Virus record (IMG/VR): IMGVR_UViG_3300032038_000014
Location: 64,001-128,000 of that record
Reading direction: 5' to 3' (one strand)
Source of the DNA: a virus
Taxonomy: Duplodnaviria; Heunggongvirae; Uroviricota; Caudoviricetes
Length of the DNA stretch: 64,000 bases
A program made the position numbers and the translations under genes. The notes beneath the pieces are model-generated. The model had not been told where the DNA came from, made no database searches, and saw only the letters and a program-made list of their open reading frames with translations. This document shows, piece by piece, positions 41,518-51,180 of the stretch (the first letter of the stretch is position 1; every line of letters starts with the position of its first letter).

Positions 41518-42243
41518 TTAATGGATATTTTTCATCCAGTTGTCTGGTTGGGAATCCGGACTGCCACCCGCTAAACGAGTTCGCACATCAATATCCCAAT
41601 TCATAAACAGTATGTATCTTTCTACTAAATCGTATAATTGAAACATTGTTGTATTAATTAAATCCAATAGGGACATTGAAGATAAACCAACCGTTAACAT
41701 AGAAAGATATCTACTAAATACACTTGAGTTTTCACCACCTTGTTGAGCGGCTACTCTTTGTCGTCCACGCATTAATTTCTCGGCAATTTCTCTGGCTTTA
41801 TCATTGGCTGGGTTAAAAGCTTGTTGATCCATTGGCCCATCTTTTGCGCAGAATACATCTCTTAATGTCTTTTGGAATATTTCAAAATTTGAATTATCTA
41901 CTGTAATAGTTGTTTCTCCTTGCTGAAAAACCAAAGACATTGGAGTTATTAAAATATTATAATTAGGAAAAAGTAACTGTAACAATTGCATTACTGCAAT
42001 TTTTTTATCAGCAGTTTCTTTTTCATTCATTATTGTCATAAATATTTGAAAATTTGTTATACTGTCTAAATCATCTTTGTCCTTCACGAACATACTTTTA
42101 TACAAGCATAAACATTGTACACCAGTAAAAAAATCAGTTTCTCCTAAATAAGAAATTTCTTTTAAAGTAGGCTGATGTACTGTTAATTGCAACTCCGGAA
42201 TTGGGATATCTGTACCAGCCATTAACGCAAGACGAATGTCCAT
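41518..42243 (-). CDS. Conserved tail-region hypothetical protein (241 aa)
   Basis: HQPTLKEI motif; lies between the tail-completion and major tail genes. Confidence 0.5.
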   Translation of the reverse strand: MDIRLALMAGTDIPIPELQLTVHQPTLKEISYLGETDFFTGVQCLCLYKSMFVKDKDDLDSITNFQIFMTIMNEKETADKKIAVMQLLQLLFPNYNILITPMSLVFQQGETTITVDNSNFEIFQKTLRDVFCAKDGPMDQQAFNPANDKAREIAEKLMRGRQRVAAQQGGENSSVFSRYLSMLTVGLSSMSLLDLINTTMFQLYDLVERYILFMNWDIDVRTRLAGGSPDSQPDNWMKNIH

Positions 42244-42244
42244 A

Positions 42245-42832
42245 TTATCTCAATTGCGGAATATCCTTAAATTCTTCAAGGAACACTAAATTATCTTGTG
42301 GGTTAGGAAACTCCTTCTTATCTTCTTCACCATGCACCGCACGATACATCAAACATAAACCCGCAAATTCATCTGTTAAAATAATTTGATTTGCACCTAA
42401 AAACTCCGTTTCCCCAATTCCAGTTAAATGTTTACCATCAAACATTGAATCTATTTCAGCTGCAATACGATAAGGTCTTAGCTGGAAATCATCTAGTGTC
42501 CATTGATCATAATGACAAATAATATCAAATTCAATAATATTATCTCTAAATTCAGGATTAGTCCTATTTGGAGTAAAATTATCAAATCCAATAATTATAT
42601 AATTCAAAACGCTCCCATCAACATAAAGCTTTGGAACATTCTTAATATTTTTACCAAATAATTCAATAGATTGCTCCTCTGTTAAATTAGGTTGACGTAA
42701 AGCATCTTTTGTATTGTAATATAATAATCTCTTAAGTCTAGCATTTCCTAATAACTGTTTAGTTATAATACCCATATCTTTATCAATAGATAAAAAACTA
42801 GACTTAGGTATTGTATAACCTTCAATCTTCAT
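42245..42832 (-). CDS. Putative tail terminator/completion protein (195 aa)
   Basis: IEFDIICH...RPYRIAAEIDSMFDG pattern; gene position. Confidence 0.55.
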   Translation of the reverse strand: MKIEGYTIPKSSFLSIDKDMGIITKQLLGNARLKRLLYYNTKDALRQPNLTEEQSIELFGKNIKNVPKLYVDGSVLNYIIIGFDNFTPNRTNPEFRDNIIEFDIICHYDQWTLDDFQLRPYRIAAEIDSMFDGKHLTGIGETEFLGANQIILTDEFAGLCLMYRAVHGEEDKKEFPNPQDNLVFLEEFKDIPQLR

Positions 42833-42851
42833 AAATGTACTCCTTTATCTC

Positions 42852-43976
42852 TCAAAACAATGATTCAACTACTATCGTTTTAGAAGTTAAACCATATTTA
42901 ATCTCAAATTGTCCATGATAAGAACTGTCCCATTTAACCCATAATTCACTAGGATCTTCTGGATTTACTTTCCAAAGAACAGGATATTCTTTATCATCAA
43001 CACTCCATTGAGAAGTTAAAATACCTTTAAATTTATAACTAACTTGAGTTCTTGGTTTAATAAAAGTTGGACCCTCGATAAGAGTGTCAGTAGACCAACT
43101 ATTAGGATTAATAGGTTCAGTCTTTAAAGCTCCCACTAAACCATTTTCTAAATCATCTTCAGTTTCATTAACATAATATTCAACTGCAGTAATCTCTAAT
43201 ATTCCAGGAGAACTAATCCAATCAGTGGCTTCAACTCGCCAACAAACTTGCGGACTTCCCTTATCTTCCCCCTGAAGGTAAAACTTAGAATATCTACGAA
43301 AGTACTTTAATGCAGATTCTGTTCTAGGCATATAAATACTTAATGAATGGTTAGGAGTATCAACGCTAATTTGGTGTTTTTGTATATAATTAATTTTAGT
43401 TTCAACCGGACCTCTAACCGCAACGTAAGAGGAATGCACGCCATCTTCATCCTCCCAACTAATCTGATAAGAGCATTTTCTAATGTCTCCTCTAAAATAT
43501 GCAACTTCATTTAATTCTTGAAGCCTAATTAGCCAAAAGGTACCAGTACCTACCCATTCAAAAATATCGCCTGGTTCATATCCGTTCTCAAAAGGAACAG
43601 ATACGATTTTATCATCGTAATCCATTTTTAATTTATCTGGATTAATAAGTGCTCTACATACTTGTGGAATATAATCTAACTCTTCTTGACTTTTAGATAC
43701 AGAAAAAACTCTTTTAATATCACATGCTTGATAAGAATAAAGCAATGCTCGATCAAGCGTTCTTCTTTTATCAAAAATCATTCGATGTTGTTGAAAAGTT
43801 CCACCATTTAATTGTAATCGTTTAGCTTGACAAGAAACTCCCTCTTTGTCTTCAAAAGTAAATTCTATTTTATCTTTTTCTACATAAGGTTGTTCTAAAT
43901 CCTTAGGAATTCTAAATCCTAAACGTCCGTTCATTAAGTGTAAAGAAGGATTTTGTTTAACCTCATAACCTGACAT
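42852..43976 (-). CDS. Putative head-closure protein (374 aa)
   Basis: PGDIFEW..TGTFWLI..YFRGDIRKC; gene position. Confidence 0.5.
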   Translation of the reverse strand: MSGYEVKQNPSLHLMNGRLGFRIPKDLEQPYVEKDKIEFTFEDKEGVSCQAKRLQLNGGTFQQHRMIFDKRRTLDRALLYSYQACDIKRVFSVSKSQEELDYIPQVCRALINPDKLKMDYDDKIVSVPFENGYEPGDIFEWVGTGTFWLIRLQELNEVAYFRGDIRKCSYQISWEDEDGVHSSYVAVRGPVETKINYIQKHQISVDTPNHSLSIYMPRTESALKYFRRYSKFYLQGEDKGSPQVCWRVEATDWISSPGILEITAVEYYVNETEDDLENGLVGALKTEPINPNSWSTDTLIEGPTFIKPRTQVSYKFKGILTSQWSVDDKEYPVLWKVNPEDPSELWVKWDSSYHGQFEIKYGLTSKTIVVESLF

Positions 43977-44269
43977 TAGTTTAACTCCTGTAATAAACTT
44001 ATACTTTCAAATATAGTTTTACGATAAAGTTCAAATGTACTCTCTTTAACTTTTAATCCCTCTAATTTACTTAATAACTGTAAAAAAACTGGCCCAACAA
44101 AAATTTCATTGAGACCAGCAATTTCTATAATAACAGTATCTAATTGTTTAGACCAATCTTCATCATGTTCACGCATTGGAATTAATTTCCATAATTGGTT
44201 GGTTAAGCGCTGAACATCTTTTGCAATAACCTCATCATCAAATCCTATATCATATTTATCTACCATCAT
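43976..44269 (-). CDS. Hypothetical head-tail region protein (97 aa)
   Basis: Start moved to MMVDKY, overlapping the upstream stop (translational coupling). Confidence 0.5.
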   Translation of the reverse strand: MMVDKYDIGFDDEVIAKDVQRLTNQLWKLIPMREHDEDWSKQLDTVIIEIAGLNEIFVGPVFLQLLSKLEGLKVKESTFELYRKTIFESISLLQELN

Positions 44270-44849
44270 TTGACATCGCTCTATCTTTTCCGAATAAATA
44301 CCATTCAGAACGATATACTCCATCATCATCAAGTTTTCTGCGCTTATAAAGTCTTTGCATATGAAAAGACTCTCGTTGCGCTTCTGATAAAAGACTTAAT
44401 AGTTTTGCTAAATGATTTGCTTGAGAGGTCATCTTAAAATCACTTCCAGAATATTTCATACGAGTATTTTCAATAGAAGTTACTTGACGCTGAACCCAAC
44501 CACATTTCATTAATAGCGCCAAAATATTTATCTCTTCGGATGTTAAATCCGCATTAAAAGAAGATTGTTCAACAAGGACGTCAGGAACATCGACTTCACT
44601 AGTTTCAGTTAAATCGTTCCAAATTACTCCGATAATAAAATCATCATCTGTAACTGTATCTTCACGAATAATAGCTGTTTTAATCTCATAATCTTGAAGA
44701 TTCTTTCTAGGAAACTCAAAACCAGGAATAGCATCTATAAGAAGATGTTGAAGGTCTCTTAATGTATCTTGTGGAGTTAACTCCATATACATATCATCAG
44801 TAATTTTTTCAAGAAAGCGATTATATATAGTTGAAAACTTTGTTCCCAT
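44256..44849 (-). CDS. Putative head-tail adaptor (197 aa)
   Basis: MGTKFSTIYNRFL.KITD..., LTSEEINILA, YSGSDFKMTSQANHL; gene position. Confidence 0.55.
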   Translation of the reverse strand: MGTKFSTIYNRFLEKITDDMYMELTPQDTLRDLQHLLIDAIPGFEFPRKNLQDYEIKTAIIREDTVTDDDFIIGVIWNDLTETSEVDVPDVLVEQSSFNADLTSEEINILALLMKCGWVQRQVTSIENTRMKYSGSDFKMTSQANHLAKLLSLLSEAQRESFHMQRLYKRRKLDDDGVYRSEWYLFGKDRAMSNDGR

Positions 44850-44864
44850 AAAACGCCTCCTTAT

Positions 44865-45458
44865 TTATTTTTCATCTTTTTTAACTACTTTATATTTTGA
44901 ACCAGAAGTTCTTCTCTGAATAGTAGGTTGCGGTTCAGCCGTCTTATTCGGCTGTACACGTCTCTGTGGTTGCTGAGCCTGTTGAGCTTGCTGTGCAGCC
45001 ATTTCAGCTTCTTCTTCCTTTTTAGCCTGAATCATACGAGCAAGATCAAGACCTTTCTTTTCTTTAAAGGACTGCATCTTTACTGTATCAGTAAGTGGAA
45101 GTTCCACAGAAAGAGTTTTAATAAGATCAATAACTCCCTCTGGAGCAAAATCAAGACAATCAAGCCATTCATCATGAGTACCATTAAGAATAAGATCTTG
45201 TACTTGTGCTGGAGTCATGTTATACTCTGGCTCAACATCTCCCACAAGGTCAGCCCGCACATTAGGATCTTGAATAAGAAGATATTCTTTAATCAACTTA
45301 ATTCCTCCTGGTTGATAACTCAACTCTTCAAGTTCAGCTTTACTTATTTTCTTAGTCTCTCCTGGTGCAAACTCACGATTTTTTACACCGACTTCAGGTG
45401 CAGAGTAACCTACTCTACTTGCACTTCTGTTCGTCACTAAATAAATTTTATCTGACAT
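44865..45458 (-). CDS. Hypothetical protein (197 aa)
   Basis: RBS AAAGGAG; first gene after the capsid terminator. Confidence 0.55.
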   Translation of the reverse strand: MSDKIYLVTNRSASRVGYSAPEVGVKNREFAPGETKKISKAELEELSYQPGGIKLIKEYLLIQDPNVRADLVGDVEPEYNMTPAQVQDLILNGTHDEWLDCLDFAPEGVIDLIKTLSVELPLTDTVKMQSFKEKKGLDLARMIQAKKEEEAEMAAQQAQQAQQPQRRVQPNKTAEPQPTIQRRTSGSKYKVVKKDEK

Positions 45459-45490
45459 TTTATATCTCCTTTATCTCCTAACAAAAACAA

Positions 45491-45520
45491 GGGGAGAAGG
45501 GGAACTTCCCCACTCTCCCC
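45491..45520 (-). terminator. Terminator of the capsid operon
   Basis: GGGGAGAGTGGGGAA-G-TTCCCCTTCTCCCC, followed by TTGTTTTT on the minus strand. Confidence 0.75.
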
Positions 45521-45555
45521 TATCTCAATTTTTATATTAAATAATCAATAGTTAA

Positions 45556-45951
45556 TTATGCTTCTTGGAATACGATATTGTATTCAATATCATTTACCTT
45601 AATAGTTCTTGGAAGGTCTTCTGCCTTGAACCAGAATACGAAGTGACCAGCTGGTAAATTAATTGAGTTAGCTTCTTCTACATCAGATTGATCCATTGTA
45701 TAAGAGTCTCCCCACTTAACGCCAACAATTGTGTCAAGACCTGTATCCATATCAAGAGCAAGCCACTTTCCAGTACCTTGGTTTGGATTAGTTGAAGCAA
45801 AACTATTTAATTCATCAAGGCTACCAGAAACAGTAATTGTAGTACCGTTTTGTGTCACTGTAACTACGTCCTGATTGGCTTGCGACTCAGTCGCATTATC
45901 ATCAACAGGCGCGGTAGCGAGTTTACTTGCAGTTACGCTAATTAATTGCCC
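45556..45951 (-). CDS. Probable -1 frameshift C-terminal extension of the major capsid protein (131 aa)
   Basis: Frame is open across the capsid stop (GGG CAA TTA ATT AGC GTA ACT...). The internal GTG at 45858 lacks an SD. Beta-rich sequence: KWLALDMDTG...GHFVFWFKAE. Confidence 0.6.
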   Translation of the reverse strand, partial: GQLISVTASKLATAPVDDNATESQANQDVVTVTQNGTTITVSGSLDELNSFASTNPNQGTGKWLALDMDTGLDTIVGVKWGDSYTMDQSDVEEANSINLPAGHFVFWFKAEDLPRTIKVNDIEYNIVFQEA

Positions 45952-47069
45952 TGGTTTGATGCACCAGCAGCATCAGCAATATTCTCAACGAAAACATTGT
46001 TCTTAATGCTGTCCTTAAGCTTGAATGCACCTTCCTTGCTAAGACTTTCGTCTTTATATACATGAATAGCATTATCCATCATGCAAACTACTCCAACCTT
46101 CTCATAGATGTGAATATCATGAGACCAGTCGTAGTTCTCAAATTCATTAGTATAAAGATCACCTTCAAAAGCAACCTTTACTGGCTTCTGATCAGCAGCA
46201 GAAGGAATAATCCAGCAGAAGCTTGGATCTACAACCTTAACCTGCTCAAAAGCATTTTTATATTGGTTAGGAAGAATAACAACATTCTCACCCTTGTAAC
46301 CTGTAAGACGACCAGTTCTATAAAGTTCATCCTTCATAGCTTCTGTATATCTCCAAGCTTCCTGTGGGATCATCTTAACAGCGAATTCATTTGTGCAGTA
46401 AATAGTAACATTACCATACATTTTAGCATTGTTAAGAAGTGCATCAAATGCAGCCTCGTCGAAATTATTTCTAACTACCTTATGAGCAGCTGGAAGCTGA
46501 CCCATACCTTCGTTCATAGCCTCACCAATTTCTTCGTAAATGAGGTCATCAATTGCTTCGTAAAGAATATTTACAAGCTCTGCCCAATCTACACGGCCAT
46601 CAAGGAATTCCTCAAAACCGATCTGAGCTGCTCCACCGATTGCAGATGTAGGAACTTCGAAGCTCTCTTGGCTTGCACCAAGTTTCCAAACTTCGTATAC
46701 ACCAGCAAGTCCAACACGTGTGATGAACTGTTTACCACGGTTACGAGCATTATTAAGGTTCTTACGACGGAAGATTGGCTTTTCACCTTGTGCGAAGTGC
46801 TTAACTTCAGCAAATCTCTCGTAATTTTCCTTCACTCTCTCTGGAACGATTTCAGAAAGAGTTTCTTCAATAATACGGAAAATAGTATTTTTATTTTCTC
46901 TATATGAACGATAGTCAGGTGCTAACTCTGCGAACTGAGAACGAAGAGTTTCCTGGACTTCGTCATAACTAAAGTTCTCTCCATTAAAGCTGTATGCTAC
47001 AGGAGTAGAACGTTTAGCCTTAGCTGCGATTTTTGCAAGCTTTACAAAATCTTCAGTCTTTAATAACAT
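45942..47069 (-). CDS. Major capsid protein (375 aa)
   Basis: Follows portal, scaffold and decoration genes; strong RBS; high-expression codon usage; HK97-like size. Confidence 0.8.
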   Translation of the reverse strand: MLLKTEDFVKLAKIAAKAKRSTPVAYSFNGENFSYDEVQETLRSQFAELAPDYRSYRENKNTIFRIIEETLSEIVPERVKENYERFAEVKHFAQGEKPIFRRKNLNNARNRGKQFITRVGLAGVYEVWKLGASQESFEVPTSAIGGAAQIGFEEFLDGRVDWAELVNILYEAIDDLIYEEIGEAMNEGMGQLPAAHKVVRNNFDEAAFDALLNNAKMYGNVTIYCTNEFAVKMIPQEAWRYTEAMKDELYRTGRLTGYKGENVVILPNQYKNAFEQVKVVDPSFCWIIPSAADQKPVKVAFEGDLYTNEFENYDWSHDIHIYEKVGVVCMMDNAIHVYKDESLSKEGAFKLKDSIKNNVFVENIADAAGASNQGN

Positions 47070-47089
47070 TTGCTCTATCTCCTTCCAAA

Positions 47090-47791
47090 TTATTTAATTC
47101 TCATAAGCTTTACAGCTCTCTGACGATCACCGAGATCATAAACTTTAACAACCTGCCATACCATATCTGCATCATCTCCAGCTGGAGCAAGATATCCATC
47201 TGCTCCTGGAGCAAATGTAGCACCAAGTGCTGGAGCTTCTGTAGCCATGATACAATTTGTTGTATAAATATCACCAACGTTAGTCTTGAATACACGAGGA
47301 ACCATCTTTGTGTTTTCAGGCATCTTCTTTGGGCCACCATAATCCCATTCAGCAGCGAATGGATTATCTGTAGAATCCCATTCTCTAGGATCTGCAGAAG
47401 TTGTAACCTTTGGAATAGCATTACCCTCAGCATCAACACCACCATAATATCTTGGTTGTGTCATCTGCTTCATAGAAGTTCCATCAATAGGACTGTAAAC
47501 GCGAGCAACATAGTTATCTCTAAGCATTGCGAAATCGCAATCAGATTCGCCATCACGATATACCTTTACTTCGTTAAAGACTAACATCCATTCGCCAGCA
47601 CCGCTAAAATCAACAACGCCATCTTTGTAATTATATTTTACAAACTGACCATTCTCAAGTTTTTCAATAGTGCTTGCAGCTGGCAATTGAGCGTAAATTT
47701 GACCAGTTCTCTGTGCAGAGAGATGGTTAGGTTCAACTTGACCATATCCACGCTGAACGAAAGTAGCCCCACTTAAACGTACTTTAGCCAT
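47090..47791 (-). CDS. Capsid decoration/structural protein (233 aa)
   Basis: GYGQVEPNHLSAQRTGQIYAQLPA; immediately upstream of the capsid gene as in SPbeta-like gene order. Confidence 0.6.
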   Translation of the reverse strand: MAKVRLSGATFVQRGYGQVEPNHLSAQRTGQIYAQLPAASTIEKLENGQFVKYNYKDGVVDFSGAGEWMLVFNEVKVYRDGESDCDFAMLRDNYVARVYSPIDGTSMKQMTQPRYYGGVDAEGNAIPKVTTSADPREWDSTDNPFAAEWDYGGPKKMPENTKMVPRVFKTNVGDIYTTNCIMATEAPALGATFAPGADGYLAPAGDDADMVWQVVKVYDLGDRQRAVKLMRIK

Positions 47792-47808
47792 CTGTTTTTT
47801 CCTCCTAT

Positions 47809-49140
47809 TTATTTTTCACTTTTCTTAATCTTCCGAAGGGCACTGACTAATGCTGGGATATTAGTATCTTCGGAATCGTCATCTACATCATCTAAACTAA
47901 ATGTAGTATCGACATTATTTTCATTATCTACGTTACCAGATAAGTCTAACTTATTATGTACGCAGATAACAGAAAGCTTCGCTTCAATCTCGTCAAGAGA
48001 ATAATTATCAATATTGTCTTGAACATCTTTCTTTTCTTCATCAGAAAGCATATAGAAACTATTAATCATAGTCTGCTTTTCTTCTCTGTCTTTAGAATTC
48101 TTAAATTCTACTAAACTAGCATAAGATGTAGACATTTCATCAAATTTTCTCTGAAGTTCATTAAATTGAGTTTCGAGATTAGAATAACTCTCCTGTAAAT
48201 TTTGAAAATCTGTTAGACTAAATTGAACTTCCTCGCCCTCATTTTCAGAATTTTCTTCTTCTGCAGGCTCTTCAGCTTCTTCGTCTTCAGACTCTTCTTC
48301 TTCATCAACCTGGTCTTCTTCAGCCTCAGGTTCTTCAGCAGAATCTTCTTCAGTTTCAACAGGAGCGCTTTCAGCAGGATCTTCTACCTCTGGAGTAGCT
48401 ACTTCTTCCTCTTCTTCTTGAGTTTCAATAACTTCCTCTTCTGGTTTCTTTAAATCTTTTAATTCCACTGTAAAGTTTCCTCCTTTCAATTGTTGAACTT
48501 CTTTCATTAGTTTATAAATTTTACTATCAAAACTTTCATCTAATGAAAAACTTCCAGTGATTTGTGCGCCCTCAAAACAAGGCTCATTTTCTTCTCCTAA
48601 AATGCACAATCCTCTAAAGATTGCGTCATTTATAATGAAAAATTCCATACCACTCTTATCATCAATTGTCCAATGTCCTTGTAAAGATTCTTCATCTAAT
48701 TCCATAGACTGATTATTTCCTTTGGTAAGAACTCGGTTTGCCTCAGGATATCTTCCAGTCCATATATAACCTTCGGTAACCATGTATGTATGAATATTTT
48801 CACTATCGTCTAAATAATCTTGAAACCACACTTTAGCATTTAAATCAACAAAACCATAAGGTCTTGTTTCATCACTAACTTCAAGTCTTCCACCAGAAAT
48901 GTGAATTACTTGATTGTGCTCGTCAAAATCTGCTTTTTCTTCCTTCCAAAATCCCATAATCGGGCTTCCTGGAAGCGAGTTAGCCATCCTGGCCGCAGTT
49001 TCCTTTGAAATAATACTACCATTGCGATTTGGCTCATCACCTACATAACAAACCTTAATCTGAACTTTTGAAATCATCGGATTTAAAGGAGTTATGTTTA
49101 TCAATTCACAAGGAGTATTTAATTTAATACTAGTATGCAT
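47809..49140 (-). CDS. Prohead protease/scaffold protein (443 aa)
   Basis: Protease-like N-terminus (YVGDEPNRNGS, NNQSMEL, GLCILG...PCFEGA), very acidic linker, coiled-coil scaffold C-terminus. Confidence 0.75.
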   Translation of the reverse strand: MHTSIKLNTPCELINITPLNPMISKVQIKVCYVGDEPNRNGSIISKETAARMANSLPGSPIMGFWKEEKADFDEHNQVIHISGGRLEVSDETRPYGFVDLNAKVWFQDYLDDSENIHTYMVTEGYIWTGRYPEANRVLTKGNNQSMELDEESLQGHWTIDDKSGMEFFIINDAIFRGLCILGEENEPCFEGAQITGSFSLDESFDSKIYKLMKEVQQLKGGNFTVELKDLKKPEEEVIETQEEEEEVATPEVEDPAESAPVETEEDSAEEPEAEEDQVDEEEESEDEEAEEPAEEENSENEGEEVQFSLTDFQNLQESYSNLETQFNELQRKFDEMSTSYASLVEFKNSKDREEKQTMINSFYMLSDEEKKDVQDNIDNYSLDEIEAKLSVICVHNKLDLSGNVDNENNVDTTFSLDDVDDDSEDTNIPALVSALRKIKKSEK

Positions 49141-49154
49141 TTTGCTAATCTCCT

Positions 49155-50795
49155 TTAATTCATTGACTCTTTATTCTGAATGGTCTTATCACTTAATTCG
49201 CCTTCATCCTTTTTAGGACGTCCAGTTTCACCCTTCTCTTTTGGAACGGCGCCACCCTCTTTTTTAGCTGTATCTGTATTACCATCATTTTTATTATTAT
49301 CACCTTGTTTATCATTGCCCAAATTTCTTAAATCTTCAACAGACATTGTAGAAGACATAAGAGGTGGAATCATGATTTCACTAAGATGTAATACATTATT
49401 CTCAAACAAAGCAGTATTAAGAATAAAGCTTTGGCTTTGTCCTAAAGCAATCTGAGGTAACATTTTAGAAAAGCCCATTTGGGTTTGTTCTTTATACAAC
49501 TTAGCCAATGCTTGATAGTTATTCTGAGTTGTATGTAACATATAAAATCTAAAGTTCCATTTCTTTTTATTAGAACTTTGCTTTTGAGCAATAGTATCAA
49601 ACAGAACTTCAAATTGCAAAATTAAATCTCGTAAAGAACCCTCATCAGCTAATATAGATTTCTCAAGAGCAAGATTTCCATCTGTATTAAAAATATTTTT
49701 TGAAGAACCTAATGCGTTATAAACAGTACGTTCAGCATTATTCAAAGAATCATCCTTTACTGTCGCATTAGCCTCAGATACATCAATACCTTCAATATCC
49801 GCGAATGTTGTTAAAACATCAACTCCAATAGCATCTCGTAACATTTCAACAGCATTATTATGAATATCTCTTGCTTCATCAACGTCAAAAATTAAATCCC
49901 CATTTTTATCCATAGGTAATTTTTGAACAATAATCTTTAACAGCTTCTGGAGTTGTCTTTGTCTATCAATACCTTGAGTAGTATCTAAATCAATAAGTGC
50001 TGGAATAGCATTTATAAATAAAGGTAAACCATTAAGTCCATTAAGACTACACATAAAAGCACATTCTGGATCTAAAAGATACCAATGTCCTTTTCCAATT
50101 CCAGTAGTGTATAATTCATCATTAGGCAGTTTACCTTGTTTATAAAGAAGGTATCCCTTCTTAAATTCTGGAGGGAATAAATCAAGCACTTTCATACGAT
50201 AACCAATATCTGGAAACTTTGTATCAAAGAATGTCATATCAAATTCGATTGCGGGAACACCGGCAATTTTGTATCTAGAACGACACCATCTCCAAGGAAG
50301 ATCCTGGATTAAAAGTTTCCCATTGCCATCATATGCATATCCAAAATAAACACCATCACGAATAGTCCTTAAAGCAAATTCTCCACATAACTTTTTAATA
50401 TGAGAAGCATCAAAATAATTAAGTGTTTTAGTAAAATCAGCAATAACTTTTTCTTCTTTGACATTATCACTAATTAATTCTGGACACATATACCAATCAT
50501 ATCTATACATACTTGCAAAATAATTTACAATTTTTTGATAAATACCATTAGTCTTATAAAAATATCTTGAAATCTGTCTTAATGTTGGAATATCGTTATT
50601 AATCAGTGCTTGAATAACGAACCCTTTATTATTATACCCACGATTATCCAGTTTCTCATAATATCTCAAATCAACAACTGCATCACCATAAGCGCGAGTT
50701 CCAATTTTTAATTTTGCATAACTATCAACTGTGGAAGTAGGAGCTTTTAACATATCAAAGCCTTTTGCACGAATCTGATCTTGTCGATTTTGCAT
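49155..50795 (-). CDS. Portal protein (546 aa)
   Basis: Size and position between terminase and scaffold; IEFDMTFFD, GVDVLTTFAD, PPLMSSTMS, C-terminal ETGRPKK. Confidence 0.8.
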   Translation of the reverse strand: MQNRQDQIRAKGFDMLKAPTSTVDSYAKLKIGTRAYGDAVVDLRYYEKLDNRGYNNKGFVIQALINNDIPTLRQISRYFYKTNGIYQKIVNYFASMYRYDWYMCPELISDNVKEEKVIADFTKTLNYFDASHIKKLCGEFALRTIRDGVYFGYAYDGNGKLLIQDLPWRWCRSRYKIAGVPAIEFDMTFFDTKFPDIGYRMKVLDLFPPEFKKGYLLYKQGKLPNDELYTTGIGKGHWYLLDPECAFMCSLNGLNGLPLFINAIPALIDLDTTQGIDRQRQLQKLLKIIVQKLPMDKNGDLIFDVDEARDIHNNAVEMLRDAIGVDVLTTFADIEGIDVSEANATVKDDSLNNAERTVYNALGSSKNIFNTDGNLALEKSILADEGSLRDLILQFEVLFDTIAQKQSSNKKKWNFRFYMLHTTQNNYQALAKLYKEQTQMGFSKMLPQIALGQSQSFILNTALFENNVLHLSEIMIPPLMSSTMSVEDLRNLGNDKQGDNNKNDGNTDTAKKEGGAVPKEKGETGRPKKDEGELSDKTIQNKESMN

Positions 50796-50808
50796 CTACT
50801 ATACCTCC

Positions 50809-51165
50809 TTAATATCCAGCTTTATGCATAATATAATCATACGTAATAAGGTTCTCTTCTGTGTATGGAATTTCTATTAATTTAAAATCATGTAAAGCAC
50901 AAAATCTTCTTTTCTTATTATCATTGTACTGTTGTTGATAAAATCCTCTTTTTCCACCAAATTTTGCACTTGGCTCATAATGTTGTTTACCTTGATATTC
51001 TATAATAAAATCAATGTAACCATCATCATCAAATATTACAAAATCAAATCGTAAAGGTTTACCACTAGAACTTCTAAGATCATTAAAACTATATTCCATT
51101 TTATAGTTTAAGCCAGATTCTTCTAATATTTCATGAATCTTCATTTCTCCTCGACTAGCATCCAT
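50809..51165 (-). CDS. PD-(D/E)XK restriction-like endonuclease (118 aa)
   Basis: SRGE..I..IL, LRFDF..., IEYQGKQHY, K..FC..H...LIEIPY (DUF559/Vsr-like pattern). Confidence 0.7.
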   Translation of the reverse strand: MDASRGEMKIHEILEESGLNYKMEYSFNDLRSSSGKPLRFDFVIFDDDGYIDFIIEYQGKQHYEPSAKFGGKRGFYQQQYNDNKKRRFCALHDFKLIEIPYTEENLITYDYIMHKAGY

Positions 51166-51180
51166 TTATAAACCCCCTCT

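Noticed and set aside
46062-46907. 281-aa plus-strand ORF antisense to the capsid gene (also 44928-45440, 47033-47584, 48223-48453)
   Set aside because: No RBS or promoter; expected shadow ORFs of strongly biased coding strands.
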